Assembly: GCF_963921235.1 (NCBI RefSeq)
Contig: NC_086097.1
Span: 146,880,001-146,944,000, forward strand
DNA: 64,000 nt
Reading direction: 5' to 3'
Origin: Mobula hypostoma
Taxonomy: Eukaryota
Below, piece after piece: positions 1 through 13,934 of the stretch. Position 1 is the stretch's first letter; every line of letters begins with the position of its first letter. Below the pieces are notes generated by a model. The model made no database searches. It was not told the DNA's origin and worked only from the letters and a program-made list of their open reading frames with translations. A program made the position numbers and the translations under genes.

Positions 1-3000
1 GTTTCTTGTATTATATGTTTTAATTTCAGGTTTTCAGCATCTACTGTTTATTTGGGGAATGAATAGAAACTTACATTCAGGCAGCAGAGTTTGAGAAGGT
101 ATCTTATGTAAAGCAGAAAGAAAAATCAATGTTCAAAGTAACTTCATTATCAAAGTACATATATGTCACCATATACAACTCTGAGATTCATTTTCCTCTG
201 GGCGTACTCAGTATAACCAAGAAATATAATAGAATCAATGAAAGACTGCACCCAGCAGGAAGGACAAGCAACTAATGATTAACTAATTGTCAACAGGTTT
301 GAAAATATGTACAATGATCTTGAGGTTGATTATGAGCCAGGAGAGACTCAGTGTGACAGACAGTACTGTTCTGACTGAAGGGTGAAAGAGAAAATTCAGA
401 ATTTTTGAATTCCAGAAATCAATTCCTGGTGCACTTAAAGACTGCATATTTTTTTCTGCTAAAAGAGAGAGAGATGCAAGCAATTCTCCAAATGAAAGTC
501 TGAATGACTGAGGAGACTTTGGGGATAAAGTCTGGGGGATATTGCATGATGTGCATCTCATGATCAGCAGATTTAATCTAACTAGGCTACTACGGATACC
601 TTTAGAAAGCGTTCTCACAATATCAGCTTCAATATAAAGCCCATCCCTTGCTGCCCCATTGCAAAGTGGGGCTTAAAGAAACAATAATGCCATATGGAAA
701 TCAGCCACTGGCTGTCTGCCTTCTCCAGTGAGGAGTTAGGTTATGAAAAATCAAACAGAAGTGCAGATGGGAATTAAAAAAAAAGAGAAAAGAGAATCAG
801 GATTAAGATTTCAGGTCCAATATATGTTCTTAGTTGTGTTGGCACAGTTTATTGCAATACCATTCTAAATATGGCTCCATGTAATAAGGTTATGACTCCC
901 ATGTTATTTTTTACTGGGAATCATGACTATTATAGTGTATCTCAATGCAAAACCGGGCGTTCTGCAGATCAAAGCAGATCTGTTTTTTTTTCTCTCCTGA
1001 TGAAGTAAATAGTCCAAACTTGCTCTTTTCAAATGGTTATCCATTCATTTTGAAACACTTTAGGCATTTCCCTACAGCACCATGCCAAGGCAGGGAATCA
1101 CATTCCGTCTGTGAAACATGGCCAGAATGAACTTGCAGTTTCTCTACATCCACATATGGGTAGTACATTGGTGTGACAGGAGAACTGTAAGGGCAGTTGA
1201 GGTTATGTTTTAATGGGCATGTGAGAGAAAAGATTACAGCGGAATAAGTAGAGGAATGAGAATGACAAGAATGCTCTAAGGACCTGTGTAGACTTGATGG
1301 AACAAATAACAACTTTCAATGGAAAGTGCTGGCTGAAAATTTGATTTTGATCTCCTATCTCAGTGACTAGAGAATCACAGGGGAAGGATTACTAAATATG
1401 TCACCAAGACAGTTCAAGTCCACCTTGTTATCTCTTTTGAAAAAAAATTACATGGGTGTTAGGAGAAACTATTAAACTTAGTTTGCATAGAAAATAAAAA
1501 ATATGAAAAGTAAGCTCATTTTAAATAAAATTAATTGTGTGCTATTTGAATGTTAAATGGATTGGCAATACTTGAGGAGCTCAAAGGTAGAAAGTATATC
1601 TTTTTCAGTTCAAATCACTCCCCTAAACCATTTAATGTCCGTGTAATGATAGAGAGAGATCGCAATATCCAATTTGTAAGTTTTCACAAAAGTTAAAAAT
1701 TTCATCACCTAATTCTAAACAGTGACATTTAAATTATGAATGTCACTCAGCTTTTGACTTTGCTCAGTCAGTTGCAGACCAGCATGTGTTAAATCTGACA
1801 CTATTAAACTCATGAATATTTTTCATTAAAGTTAATCTGCTGAGTACTGAATATGAATTGCAGTTCTGACATTACGTGCATGTTTTCTATAAACTGAAGA
1901 TGTAAGTGTCTCATACCCATCACAACTAAAAAAGGAGGTCAAAGTCAGGTCAATGTATGCATACGATGTTCCAAAGAAAGGAATGGTTCGAAATCCCCAA
2001 TAACATTTCTCGTGATCATTGCCAGCACTGCTAAAGTTGGTATTTATTGCTGATCCCACAATGCTCAATAACAGATTTTATCGCTACAAAAAGCAAAATG
2101 CTACAGATGTTAAGGGAACTCAGCATTGTTTTATTTCTCCATAATGTCTGACCTGTGAGGTATTTCCAACAATGTTGGTAATAGTTTCACTGAAGAGCAT
2201 CAATGTCATTAACATTCAAGATACTTCATTCTAAATTATCAAATTGAAGTTGACACTGAATCCCAAAAGACACCACAATAGCAAATGACCTAATGTTGTG
2301 TGTTAAGGAGGCTTGGAAAAGTAGAGAGGTAGAGTAGCAAACAGATTAAGTGAAAGGACTTCAGGAGAAAGTTGGCTGCCACTGTTGAAACCAGTTGAAA
2401 CCTAGAAGGGCAGCTGCCTTCAATTAGTTTGACATATCGTAGGCTAAGGGGCCTGGTGCTGCGCTGTTCCATAGTTTACCTCAGAGGTCTGCAGGACTGG
2501 AGGAGATTAAACAAGGCCTGGGCCATGGATGAAATGAAAGCAAAAATAAAAACTTTAAATTCAGGACTTTGCTTAATTGTGGGCCTAATGTGGATCAGTA
2601 GCAGGTGGGTTAATAGGATTTGGTTAGAGGTTTTGATGACTTCAAGTTTAAGGAGGTTAGAATAAAGGAAGTTAGAAGTGTACTGGCATAGTATGCCTAC
2701 GGGACATCATGCCAATACACCTCTCAATATCTCAATTTACCTGCTGCTGTGAATCAATATAATTCTCAGCAGCAGGAAAATTATAAGACCATAGGACATA
2801 GGAGCAGAATGAGGACATTCAGCCCTTTGAGTCTGCTCCACCATTCTATCATGGCTGATCTGTTATTCCTCTCAGCCCCATTGTCCTACCTTCTCCCTTA
2901 CCCTTTGACATCCTAACTAATCAAGAAGCTATTAGCCTCTGCTTTAAATATATTGAACAAATGGGCTCCACAGTGTCTGTGGCAATGAATTCCACAGATT

Positions 3001-4066
3001 CACCATCCTCTGGCTAAAGGAATTCCTCCTCATCTCTGTTCTAAATGGGTGTCCCTCTATTCTGAAACTGTGCCCTCTGATCCTAGACTCCCCCACTATA
3101 GGAAACATCCTCTCCATATCCACAATATATAGGCCTTTCGATATGCGATAAGTTTCAATGTGATCGTCCTCATTCTTCTAAATTGCAGCAAGTACAGGCC
3201 CAGAGCCATCAAATGCTCCTCATACGTCACCCACTTCATTCCCAAAATTATTCTTATGAAACTCCTCTGGACCCTCTCCAATGCCTGTGTATCTTTTCTT
3301 AGTTAAGAGGCCCAAAACTGCTAACAATTCTGCAAGTGTGGTCTGACCAATGCTTTATAAAGGCTCAGCGTTACATCCTTGCTTTTATAATCTAGTCATC
3401 TTGAAATTAATGCTAAAATTGTATTTACCACTGACTCTATTTGCAAGTTACCCTTTAGGGGATCCTGCACAAGGACTCCCAAGTCCATTTGCACCTTGAT
3501 TTCTGAATTTGCTCCCTATTTAGAAAATAGTCTATGCCTTTATTTCTTCTATCACAGTGCTTCACCATGCACTTCCCTACACTACATTCCATTTGCCCAT
3601 TCTCCCAACATTATCTAAGCCCTACGGCAGACTCCCTGTTTCCTCAACATTACCTGCCCCTCCACCTATTTTCATATTATTCGCTGACTTGGCCACAAAG
3701 CCATCAATTCCATCATCCAAATCATTGATATATAACGTGAAAAGAAGTGGTCCCAACACCGACTCCTAGAGAATGTCACCAATTACCAGTAGCCAACCAG
3801 AAAAGGACCAATTTATTCCTATTCTTTGCCTCCTGCCAGTTAGCCAATCTTTTATCCATGCTAATATCTTTCCTGTAATACTACAGACTCTTATCTTGTT
3901 AGGTAGCCTCATGTGTGATATTTTGTCAAAGGCCTCTTGAAAATCCAAGTAAACAACATTCACTGACTCTCTCTTGTCTATCCTGCCTGTTATTTCCTCG
4001 AAGATTTCCAACAAATCTATCAGGCAAGATTTCCCCTTAAGGAAACTAAGCTGATTTTGGCTTATT

Positions 4067-5148
4067 AGGGCTGTGCGCTGAGCCCATTGCTCTGCACATT
4101 GCTTGCACATGACAGCACGGCCAAACACCTGAGTAATCAAATTGTCAAGTTCGCTGATGACACAACAGTGGTGGGGCTCATCACCAACAAAGATGAGATG
4201 GCCTACAGCAAGGAGATGGATGAGCTTGAGGCATTCTGCCAGGCAAATAACCTCTTCCTCACTGTGAATAAGACAAAGAAGATGGCCTTCAGCTTCAGGA
4301 GAACTTGCATCACTCACACTCCTCTTTACATTGGTGGCACAGCAGTGGAATCTGCAAGTAGTTTCAAACTCCTGCCAGTGCACACCTCAGGCAACCTCTC
4401 ATGGTCCCAGAACACATTCTACACAACTGGGAAAGCTGACCAACACCTCTACTTTTTGAAAAGGCTTGAGACTTGGCACATATATTATCACACCAGCAAG
4501 CAAGTTGCTGTAACAAGGCCAAAAACATCTTGAAGGATCTCACCCACTCTTCTCAAAGACTCTATAGGAAGATGCGCAGTTGACGTTTCAGGCCGAGACC
4601 CTTCGTCAGGACAGACGAAGGGTCTCGGCCTGAAACGTCGACTGCGCCTCTTCCTATAGATGCTGCTTGGCCTGCTGCGTTCACCAGCAACTTTGATGTA
4701 TGTTGCTTGAATTTCCAGCATCTGCAGAATTCCTGTTGTTTGCTTCTCAAAGACTGCTTGTCCCACTCCCATTAGGGAGGAGGCTATGTAACATCTACAC
4801 CAAGACCAGCAGACTCAAAAACAGTTACTTTCCCCAAGCAGAAGGGCTGATCAACATCTCCACCCACTAACCCACCTTTCCACACCGCCAACCACCACTA
4901 CTTTATCATTTCCTGTCAATCACCTTAGGTACTGACACTCCTGCACCTAATAGCACTTTATTGATATACAGTCAATCTGTGTATACAATATACCTTATGG
5001 ATTTATATCTATTGCATTTTTTTAATAATATTATTGATTTCTTTATTTTATTGTGTTTGTTTTGTGCCGTATCTTATCTGGAGTAACAATTATTTCGTTC
5101 TCCCTTACAATTGTGTGCCGGAAATGACATTAAACGATCTTGAATTTT
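4067..5148 (+). mobile_element. Rex1/Babar-type LINE 3' fragment
   Basis: ORF 4087-4533 IVKFADDTTVVGLI...FCQANNLFLTVNKTKKM, followed by an AT-rich 3' UTR and tail. Confidence 0.8.
4562..4742 (+). mobile_element. Short Penelope-like terminal fragment with an inverted 5' end, inserted in a Rex1 fragment
   Basis: Nearly identical to 25384-25478. 47-bp inverted repeat at 4561-4607/4614-4660. TSD cttctcaaagact at 4549-4561 and 4743-4755. Confidence 0.88.
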
Positions 5149-7438
5149 GCACCTTTTATCATGTTCCTTCAAGCACCCTGAAACCTCACCCTTAATAACG
5201 GACTCCAGCATGTTCACAACCACTAAAGTCAGGCTAACTTCATCTCTTCTGCCTCCCTCCCTTTTTAAAGAGTGGAGTAGCACTGGAAATTTTTCAAACC
5301 TCCAGACCAATTCTGGAAACTCATGATTTTTGAAAGATCATTACTAATGCCTCAACAATCTCTTCAGCTACCTCTTTTCGAACCCTGGGATGTAGTCCAT
5401 CTGGTCCAGGTGACTTACCTACCTTCAGACCTTTCAGCTTTCCAAGCACCTTCTCCTTAGTAATAGCAACTACACTCAATTCTGTCCCTTGACACTCTCA
5501 AATTTCTGGCATACAGCATATGCCTTTCACAGTGAACAGTAATGCAAAATTCGTATTAAGTTTGCCTGCCATTTCTTTGTCCCCCATTACCACCTCTCCA
5601 GTATCATTTTCCAGTAGTCCAATATCAACTCTCATCTCCCTTTTACTCTTTATAGATCTGAAAACTTTTGGTATTTTTTTTATACTATTACTTAGCTTAC
5701 CTTCATATTTCATCTCTTCTCTCCTTATGGCTTTTTTAGTTGCCTTCTGTTGGTTTTTAAAAGTCTCCCAATCCTCTAACTCCCCACTAATTTTTTGCTA
5801 CATTATATGCCCTCTCTTTTGCTTTTATACTTTCTTTGATTTCTCTTGTTAGTAGCAGTTGTGTCATTTTTCCTTTAGAATACTTCTTCATCTTTGGGAT
5901 GCATGTATTCTGTGTCTTCCAAATTGCTCCCAGAAACTCTAGCTATTGTCGTCCTGCCATCATCCCTGATGGTGTCCCATTGCAATGAACTTTGGTCAGC
6001 TCCTCTCCCATGTCTCTGTAATTCCCTTTACTCCACTGTCCTACTGATGCATCTGACTTTAGCTTCTCCCTCTCAAACTGCAGGGTGAAATATATCATAT
6101 TATGGTTACTGCATCCTAAGAGTATCTTTACCATAAGCTATCTAATCAAATCTGGGTCAGTACATAACACTCAATCCAGAATAGCCTTTCCCCTTATAGG
6201 CTCAACCACAAGCTGCTCTAAAAAGCCAACTCATAGCTATTCTACAAACTTCATCTCTTGGGATCTAGCACCAGCTTGATTTTCCCAATCTACCAGTGTA
6301 TTAAAATCCCCCATTGGCATTGTGACATTTCCCTTGTTACATGCCTTTTCTGCCTCATTGTAATTTGTAGCCCACATACTGATTACTGTTCGGAGGCCTG
6401 TATATAACTTCCATCAGGGTCTTTTTACCCTGAAAATTTTTAACTCTACCCACAAGGGTGTTTCATCTTCTGATCCTATATCAGATCTTTCTAAGTTTTT
6501 GATTTAATTTTTTACCTACAGAGCCACCCCACCTCCTCTGCCTACCTGTACCCCTGATACCTTGTGTACCTTTGGATGTTAAGCTCACAACTATGATGTT
6601 CTTTCAGCCACAACACAGTGATGCCCACGATGTCATACCTGCCGGTCTCTAACTGTGCTACTAAAGCATCTACCTTATTCTGTACACCTTCAGTCCTGTA
6701 TTCATCATCCTTTTTTGATGTGTAGCATGGTCTTTGCTCCCAAGTAACACATAAACTCATCCCACTGACTGCAATTTTGTCCTATTATCTGCCTGTCCTT
6801 CCTCACAGACTCACTACACACTGTATCTACTGTACTTGAATACCAACTGTCCTGTCCTCACTCCGGTTCCCTTCCCCCGGCCAAATTAGTTTAAACCCTC
6901 CCCAATAGCTCTAGCAAATCTGCCTGCAAGGACATTGGTCTCCCTCAGGTTCAGGTATAAACCATCCTTTTTGTACCGATCACATCTTATCCGGAAGAGA
7001 TCCCAGTGATCCAGAAATCGGAAAACCTGCCCCTGTACCAATTCCTCAGCCACACATTCATTTGCCAGATCATCGTATTCTTACCCTCACTGGCACATGG
7101 CACAGGCAGCAATCTGAAGATTACTACCCTGGAGTTCCTGCTTTCCAGCTTTAAACCTAATTTGCTATAAACGGAGATACTTGATTCATCTTAATCCACC
7201 AACAGGTAACCCAACCTTTATGATGAACAGCACAAATAACCCTTTACCTGACATATGACAAGAAAACCTATGGCTGGACACGTCACATGGATAGGCTGCT
7301 TTTTTGAAGCTTTGATTGGAAAATAGAACTTCACAAAGTAACCACACCTTGAACATTTAATTATATTGTACACTTGATGGCATTATAAAGCTGGATTTTC
7401 AGAAGGACAGATACATGTCTGTTTTAATGGCTAATGTA

Positions 7439-8385
7439 CATAAGAACATAAGAAATAGGAGCAGGAGTCGGCCATCTGGCCCATCAAGCCTGCTCCGCCA
7501 GTCAATAAGATCATAGCTGATCTGTCCGTAAACTCAGCTCCATCTACCTGCCTTTTCCCCATAACCCTTAATTCCCCTACTATGTAAAAATCTATCTACC
7601 TGTATCTTAAATATATTTAGCAAAGAAGCCTCAACTGCTTCCCTGGGCAGAGAATTGCACAGAATCACCACTTCCTGGGAAAAACAGTTTCTCCTCGTCT
7701 CTGTCCTAAGTCTTCTCCCCTGAAGCTTGAGACAATATTCCCTAGTTCTAGTTTCACCTACCAATGGAAACAACTTTCCTACACCTACCTTGTCTATCAC
7801 TTTCAAAATTTTGTATATTTCTATAAGATCCCCTCTCATTCTTCTGAATTCCAGAGAGTATAGTCCCAGGTGACTCAATCTCTCCTCATAAGTTACCCCT
7901 TCATCTCTGGAATCAATCTGGTGAACCTCCTCTGTACTGCCTCCAAAGCCAGTATATCCTTCCTCAAGTATGGAGACCAGAACTGCACACAGCACTCCGG
8001 GTGCGGTCTCACCAGTAGTACCCTGTATAGTTGCAGCTTGACCTCCCTGCTCTTGAATTCCATCCCTCTAGCAATGAAGGCCAACATTCCATTTGCCTTC
8101 TTAATAACCTGTTGCACCTGCAAGGCAACATTTTGCAATTCATGCACAAGCACTCCCAAGTCCCTCTGCACAACAGCATGCTGCAATCTTTCACCATTTA
8201 AATAATAATCTGCTCTTCTATTATTCCTTCCAAAGTGGATGATCTTGCCTTTACCAACGCTGTATTCCATCTGCCAGACCTTGGCCCACTCACTTAACCT
8301 ATCTATATCCCTCTGCAGACCCTCCACATCCTCTGTACAATTTGCTTTTCCACTTAGTTTAGTGTCATCAGCAAATTTTGCTAAG
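7439..8385 (-). mobile_element. CR1 LINE 3' fragment
   Basis: KFADDTKL, WAKVWQMEYSVGK, CVQFWSPYLRKDILALEAVQRRFTRLIP and RGDLIEIYKI motifs. Confidence 0.92.
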
Positions 8386-8707
8386 CTACACAAAGTAGAC
8401 ACCATATCTAATGCTTTATTTCAGTTTGTTTAAACATTTCAGACACTCCAAATCACAAGCAATAACTTTTCAAGGACAGATCGACTGGAACATTTATTAA
8501 ATGTCTTGAGAAAGGAAGCATCACGTATAGATATGATGGATTATGAGAGCTAGAAATAAAAAAAAATCAGCTTCAGCAGAGATCTCCACGATTTTTACTT
8601 TTATTAGTACATACAAATTGCGATTCTAATTATTAATGAGTCATTTTGTCATCACAAAATGACTTTAAGCTCAGCACCTGCATAATGGATGGTTTATATT
8701 CAATTAC

Positions 8708-8793
8708 CTATACTGCATTGTCTCAGATGTCGTTGATGCCCTCAGTTTTGTCATCAGGATCCTCACAATGTTGAAGAGAAAGATAAAGTTAAC
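8708..8793 (-). CDS. CRHR2: CRH receptor exon (86 nt), TM5-ICL3: [28 protein letters not shown](R)
   Basis: tttgtttgaacag|GTTAAC...GTATAG|gtaatt. [24 protein letters not shown] is near-invariant in CRH receptors. Confidence 0.96.
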
Positions 8794-9377
8794 CTGTTCA
8801 AACAAAAGCAAAGGGCATAAGTACAGTTTAAGCTGAAAAGAACTTAAGACCTTGTTTTTTCGGAATGTAAATTATAGTACCTGAAAAATACCTTCTTTGC
8901 AACTCCTTTCTTTTTGCATTATAAAATTCACTTATCATAATCATCCTAAAATTCTTTACTAGTAAATCTAGTGGTAATATTGCATGAGGAAAATGTGTTG
9001 GTCTGGCTTTATAAAAAATGAAGTAAATGATCGGCTGTGATTGCATTATGACAAACAATACTGAATTTCAGCTCACCTACTTTACATATAGTGTTGAGTA
9101 AAGTAGCGAGAGGCGAGGGTAGGTAGTGTTCATCATAAGCAATTAGAGTCTTGTGGAACTGGGAGAATTACCCCAGGTTAAATATCTAAAGCTATTTTAT
9201 TCTTTTACTTGTTGTTATGATGCCTGCCATTTTGGGAAAGTAAAATTCCTTGAAACCTGAAAAATCAGCTAACTTAATGTCAAACTTCTGGTGATTTTGT
9301 AAAGACGTCATAAGTGTGCTCCTGTAAGAGTATGCCTAGTCAGTAGCATTGGAAGTGCTAAATATTATTAAATATTA

Positions 9378-9965
9378 CCTCAGAGGCTGTGTACAAGAAA
9401 GGCCAGAGCCACTTCTACTTCCTGAGAAGACTGAGGTCTTTTGGAGTTTGCAGGCCTCTCCTTCACATGTTCTACCAGTCTGCTGTTGTCAGTACAATCT
9501 TCTATGCAGTGATGTTCTGGGGCAATGGCACCAACATGGGTGATACCAATAAGCTCAATAAACTGATTAGAAAGGCTGACTCTGTTATAGTAGTCAAACT
9601 GGAGGCTGTGGTAGAACAAAGGACCCTACGGAAAATCCTGGCAATTCTGGATAATGTTTCTCACCCTCTGCATGCCACCTTGGCTGAACAGAGGAGCACT
9701 TTTATTAATAGTCTAAGACAACTGCGCTGCTCTAAAGAGCGCTATATGAGGTCATTCTTACCCTCGGCCATTAGGTTCTATAATGAGTCAACCTATAGTC
9801 AGGGAACTGACGACCCCCTCCGTTAGACTGTTTGAGGTAACTTATTTTTTATTCTTCTGTATTTCTCTTCTAATATTTGTGTATTTGTACGTCTGTGCAC
9901 TTGTAATGCTACTGTGACACTGTAATTTCCTTTGGGATCAATAATGTATCTATCTGTCTATATCT
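9378..9965 (+). mobile_element. Rex1/Babar-type LINE 3' fragment
   Basis: ORF 9389-9826 YKKGQSHFYFLRRLRSF...SHPLH...RSFLPSAIR, with a (tatc)n-like tail. Confidence 0.85.
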
Positions 9966-11019
9966 GATGTGAAGTCTATTTGGCTGTCAACAGAACTCTA
10001 TAATGTCCTATGATGGCAAAGCTATAAGTGAGGCCATAAACTTGCTTTGAGTTTATCCATTATTAACGCAGTCGCAATGACAATAGGATGCCCCTCGTTT
10101 TTATGTTTCCGTAATTTCTTTTCTCCCTCCCTGGGTGCAGCAGGCTCCATCCTGCCGGTGAAAGCTCTGACCCTGCGAAATGGATCCAGATCAGGACTGT
10201 AAATAGCTGTTCTGCCTGAACCCTTCTGCGGCGGGACAGGTAAAGCTAAAGGGTAGAAACTAAACCTGGGATTACTCGTTTGTACTGCTTCACTGAGTGT
10301 GACATTAAAACCCTATATTGTACTGTTATGCAATTCTTTCACTAGCAAGTTAATTCTCACTGTTGATTTTCTAACATTAGTAACCACCGCAAGCAGTCTG
10401 TTCATTCTTAATATTAATACATTAATAGGTGAGAGCTTCACTGCCTGTGCTCCAGGCTACTGGGTGAAATATTGAACTATGGCTACAGCTCCTTTCCTAT
10501 GTCACAACACAGTGTCTTCTTCACTGTCTCAACCATGGCTTAACCAACATCAAGTTTCAAATTATTAGATGACTTATTCTCAAATTTAGTGATACATTTG
10601 CCTATATTTCAACATCATAATGTTTTAAAAATGCTTCATTAATGGCATTACATTCAAGGACAAGTCAACAAGGCCAGAAATGGCTAATTTTCCATTGCCA
10701 CAATATCAATGGCCCCTGGCAGCATAGTCCCAGCATTTTTTTCCGCTGTGTGTCAGTTCCCAGTACTTCACTATAAGGCACAGACAACCAACCAAAGCAA
10801 CTAAAACAACACTGGCAGGCGGTGAAACCCCACCCCCAACCCAGGCTCATTGGCTGCCAGTGTCACCAGGACCTCTGAATGTGCGTAAAGCTCCCTGAAA
10901 TTTATATAAATTCATTAATGTCTGGGGCATGTAAGAAGTTTAAATATTGTTAATAGCTAAAAGTATTGATTTGTTTATACTTAAACGTATATTTACACAT
11001 TGAAATCTCCTAAGGCTCT

Positions 11020-11540
11020 CCATTGTACGAGGTTGAGCATGGATGATGTGTCCCAGATGTCTACATGATACGCAAGCCAGGACAGTATGATATGGAGAGT
11101 AAGCTGTTGCCCAAGCGGCTGGCTCCCTCTCTCCACACAGCTGATGAATCCAAAGGAACGGCAGAGACCAATATAGCTAGTGTTGCCAGTCAGTGTTGAG
11201 CTCAATGCAGGACTGCCTTAGGATATTTTCCCTGGGGTTTACTCCCAATGCTTTCCCCATGAGTGAGTATAACTGCAAGTCAGCAGAGGCTTACGATCAG
11301 AGTCTACCTTCTCCTAGATGAACTGCCAACACAGCAGACGGGCCCCATTTGCTTGAAGCGACTGGTTGTAAGGTGCCAGTAACTTGCCTTTGCCACTTCT
11401 CCTGTCAGTAGAAACAGTTCAATGGGGCTGGTAGCTAAGCCACACATGAAGGCCAGGAGCTGGACCTGGTTGTCAGAGGCTATTTGAGATGCATGCCATT
11501 GGCCCCACTACCTCCCCCAGCTGTGACAACATTAAGGGAC
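11020..11540 (-). mobile_element. RTE-related non-autonomous element fragment
   Basis: The minus strand contains ggcagttcatctaggagaaggtagactctgatc, resembling RTE 5' UTR motifs as recalled. It also shares a block with the SINE at 14566-14875. Confidence 0.5.
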
Positions 11541-11664
11541 CATGTTTAAACAAATTAAACAAATATTTAAACATAATTCTTCATTTCACTTTTGCGATTT
11601 GAGTGCCCTCCAATAATGTGAATGGGATTGCTGTATCTGTAATGGGTTTAACCTGGTACATCTA

Positions 11665-12105
11665 ACATAAAACACAGAACAGTACAGCACAGTGCAGGCC
11701 CTTTGAACCATAATGTAGTGCCAACCTTTTAACCTACTCCAAGATCAATCTAACCCTTTCCTCCCACAAAGCCCACCATTCTTCTTTTATCCATGTGCCT
11801 AAGAGTCTCTTAAATGTTCCTAATGTATTTACCTCAGCCACTACCCCTGGCAGCATGGCACATGCACCCACCACTCTCTGTGTAAAAGTCACATTAAAAT
11901 TATGCCTCCTTATGTTAGGCAATTCTGCCCTGGAGAAGAAAGTCATTGGCTGTCCACTCTATCTATCTGTGCCTCTTATCACTTGTACATTTCTAATCAA
12001 TTCATCTCGCATCCTCCATCACACCAAAGAGAAAAAAAAAACCTAGCTCGTTCAAAATTACCCTAATAAAATATGCTTTCAAATCCAGGCTACATCCTGA
12101 TAAAT
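11665..12105 (-). mobile_element. CR1 LINE 3' end
   Basis: FTQRVVGA...LPGVVAEVNTLGTFKRLL on the minus strand, with a CR1-type tail. Confidence 0.85.
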
Positions 12106-13934
12106 GGGCAGATTTGAGCAGATTATCTGAGCTGCAAGCTGGGAGGCCTATAGAAGATCCGGCGACCCATAAGGAACCCTCCAGAGCAGCACAGCAGCAG
12201 CCACAGACTTTGTGAAATATGCTACCAAGGACTTAGATTAACAGCAGCCCAGATAAACTGGGCCCAGCTGAGGTCCAGCAGTAGAGTTGCTACTGGTGTG
12301 GGAGATCTCTCCCAATAAGTTCCCTCCTGCGTTAGGGCTAGATTGATGTTCCTTAGGAACTTGTACATTTATATAAGGTTTCCTGGTGGTGCTCTTTCTT
12401 TTGGTCTCAGTTTCCAGCTTGGTTTCTGGTCCCCATTTGCCAGCTGCAGTTTAGTAACCCATTGTGGACTTGCATCCACTCAGTGAATTATAAGTAGTAT
12501 TAGTTGAAGTCCAAGCAAATTGCTCCCTGTTCATTTTATGTCATTTATGCAGACGAACACAGTATTTCTGATGCTGGAAAAAGGGATTTTACTTAAAAGT
12601 TACGTTATCGCTGCATCTATTGAATGCACTCTTGTAGAAATTAACAGATAAATGAAAACAGTTTCATAAATGTGTCATCACAATGTCATTCACAATTTCC
12701 CTCAATTGATAGTTATCCATACACTCAACAACCACAGACCTAAGCTCTAAAAGCTCTAACTTATATGTTTCCTTCTCTGCCTCGTTCTTGCAATCAGTTC
12801 CAAAACTGTTTTTTTCAGTCAGATCTGTGGTCTAATGCCAGGAGGTGACTAGGTGTCAAATTTGTTTGAGAATATCTTTAAAAATATACTTTGAGTTGAC
12901 AAGTCAGTAACTTAAAATAAAATTTTGTCAAATTAAATATATTTTACATGTTAAAGCAAATGTGGTTTTTGCTATTCATGTCTCAATTCAGACTCAATGA
13001 TTTCTGTAAATCATTTTCTAGGGTTAATAGATAGTTTTATTGTTTTATGGTCCCCAAAAACTAACTAACGAAGTAGGGAACTTTCTTCAAAAATTATACT
13101 GGAATCACAAAAAATTTTATCTACCATCATATACAAAGAAGACAGAAAAATGAGGTCTCTTGCCATTTAAATCAAAGTGCATTGCAGTTCAGATGAGAAA
13201 CACTGAGTTTTACCTCATCAGGTTATCAGTTGATCATCGTTCAATACCTCAATGGCCAATATCAATCAGTGCATGCCAGTGCTTCAACAAATCAACTCCA
13301 TCATTTTAAGTCCATGGTCTGACATAAAGCACAGATTGTCATTTTGTTCCATTCCATTAACTCAATGTTTGTCTATTCTACCTCTTTTACTACTGCAATA
13401 AATTACATTGAAAAATTAGCTGAAGTCTGTCTTGGAGACTTCCTGTCACTGATTATATATCAAGACCAATCAAAGGATTGGGAACTAAGTGGGGTAGCCT
13501 TTTCTTACAGTGACCATAATCGATATGTAGCAATTGGTCTGAAGCAACTACCTGAAATACTGTAGGCATGGGCAAGAGGGGGCATGTTTCAGCACATTCA
13601 TTTAAAATGAATTGGAAAGACTTATTAGAATTGCTAGCAGAATAATAGCCAAGGGCCATTTTCTTCACCTCCAATCACGCTGACTGTTACATAGTACAAT
13701 GGTATTAGAAGTAATTAATTATAACAATCAATCATAGCTAATTAATGTACCTCAAACCCAAAACTAATTCAAGAAAATTTTCAGCAGCATCTACATGGAA
13801 GGAATTAGTAAAAATGTTCTTCTCTTCTAAGCTTGTTTGCTAAGAAATGTGATTGGATTTCCGTATGTTTTTTTTTGACTGAAAATGATTTAGCTCAGAA
13901 CCAGCAGAATTTGCACCCTTTCGTAGATCACACT

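Larger units (their letters stand above)
2785..7160 (-). mobile_element. Degenerate CR1 LINE (endonuclease to 3' tail), interrupted by the Rex1 insertion at about 4067-5148
   Basis: Minus-strand ORFs carry KSCLIDLLEIFEE...VVYLDFQEAFDKI and YDIVGITVLWL. The 3' tail lies near 2785-2830. Confidence 0.88.

Noticed and set aside
3766..4383. 205-aa minus-strand ORF that looks like a novel fusion
   Set aside because: It is a chance read-through from antisense Rex1 sequence into CR1 RT at an insertion junction.
1..8707. Expected next receptor exon (KAVKATLVLLPLLG, about 136 nt)
   Set aside because: Not found by eye on the minus strand; presumed to lie beyond the window start.
8828..9058. Minus-strand ORF (RPTHFPHAILPLDLL...) just upstream of the 86-nt TM5 exon
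   Set aside because: Its open frame does not match the phase-0 intron, the splice sites are weak, and it has no recognisable family.
11290..11360. HDV-like ribozyme in the RTE-like 5' region
   Set aside because: Some RTEs carry one, but a nested double pseudoknot could not be built from this decayed sequence.
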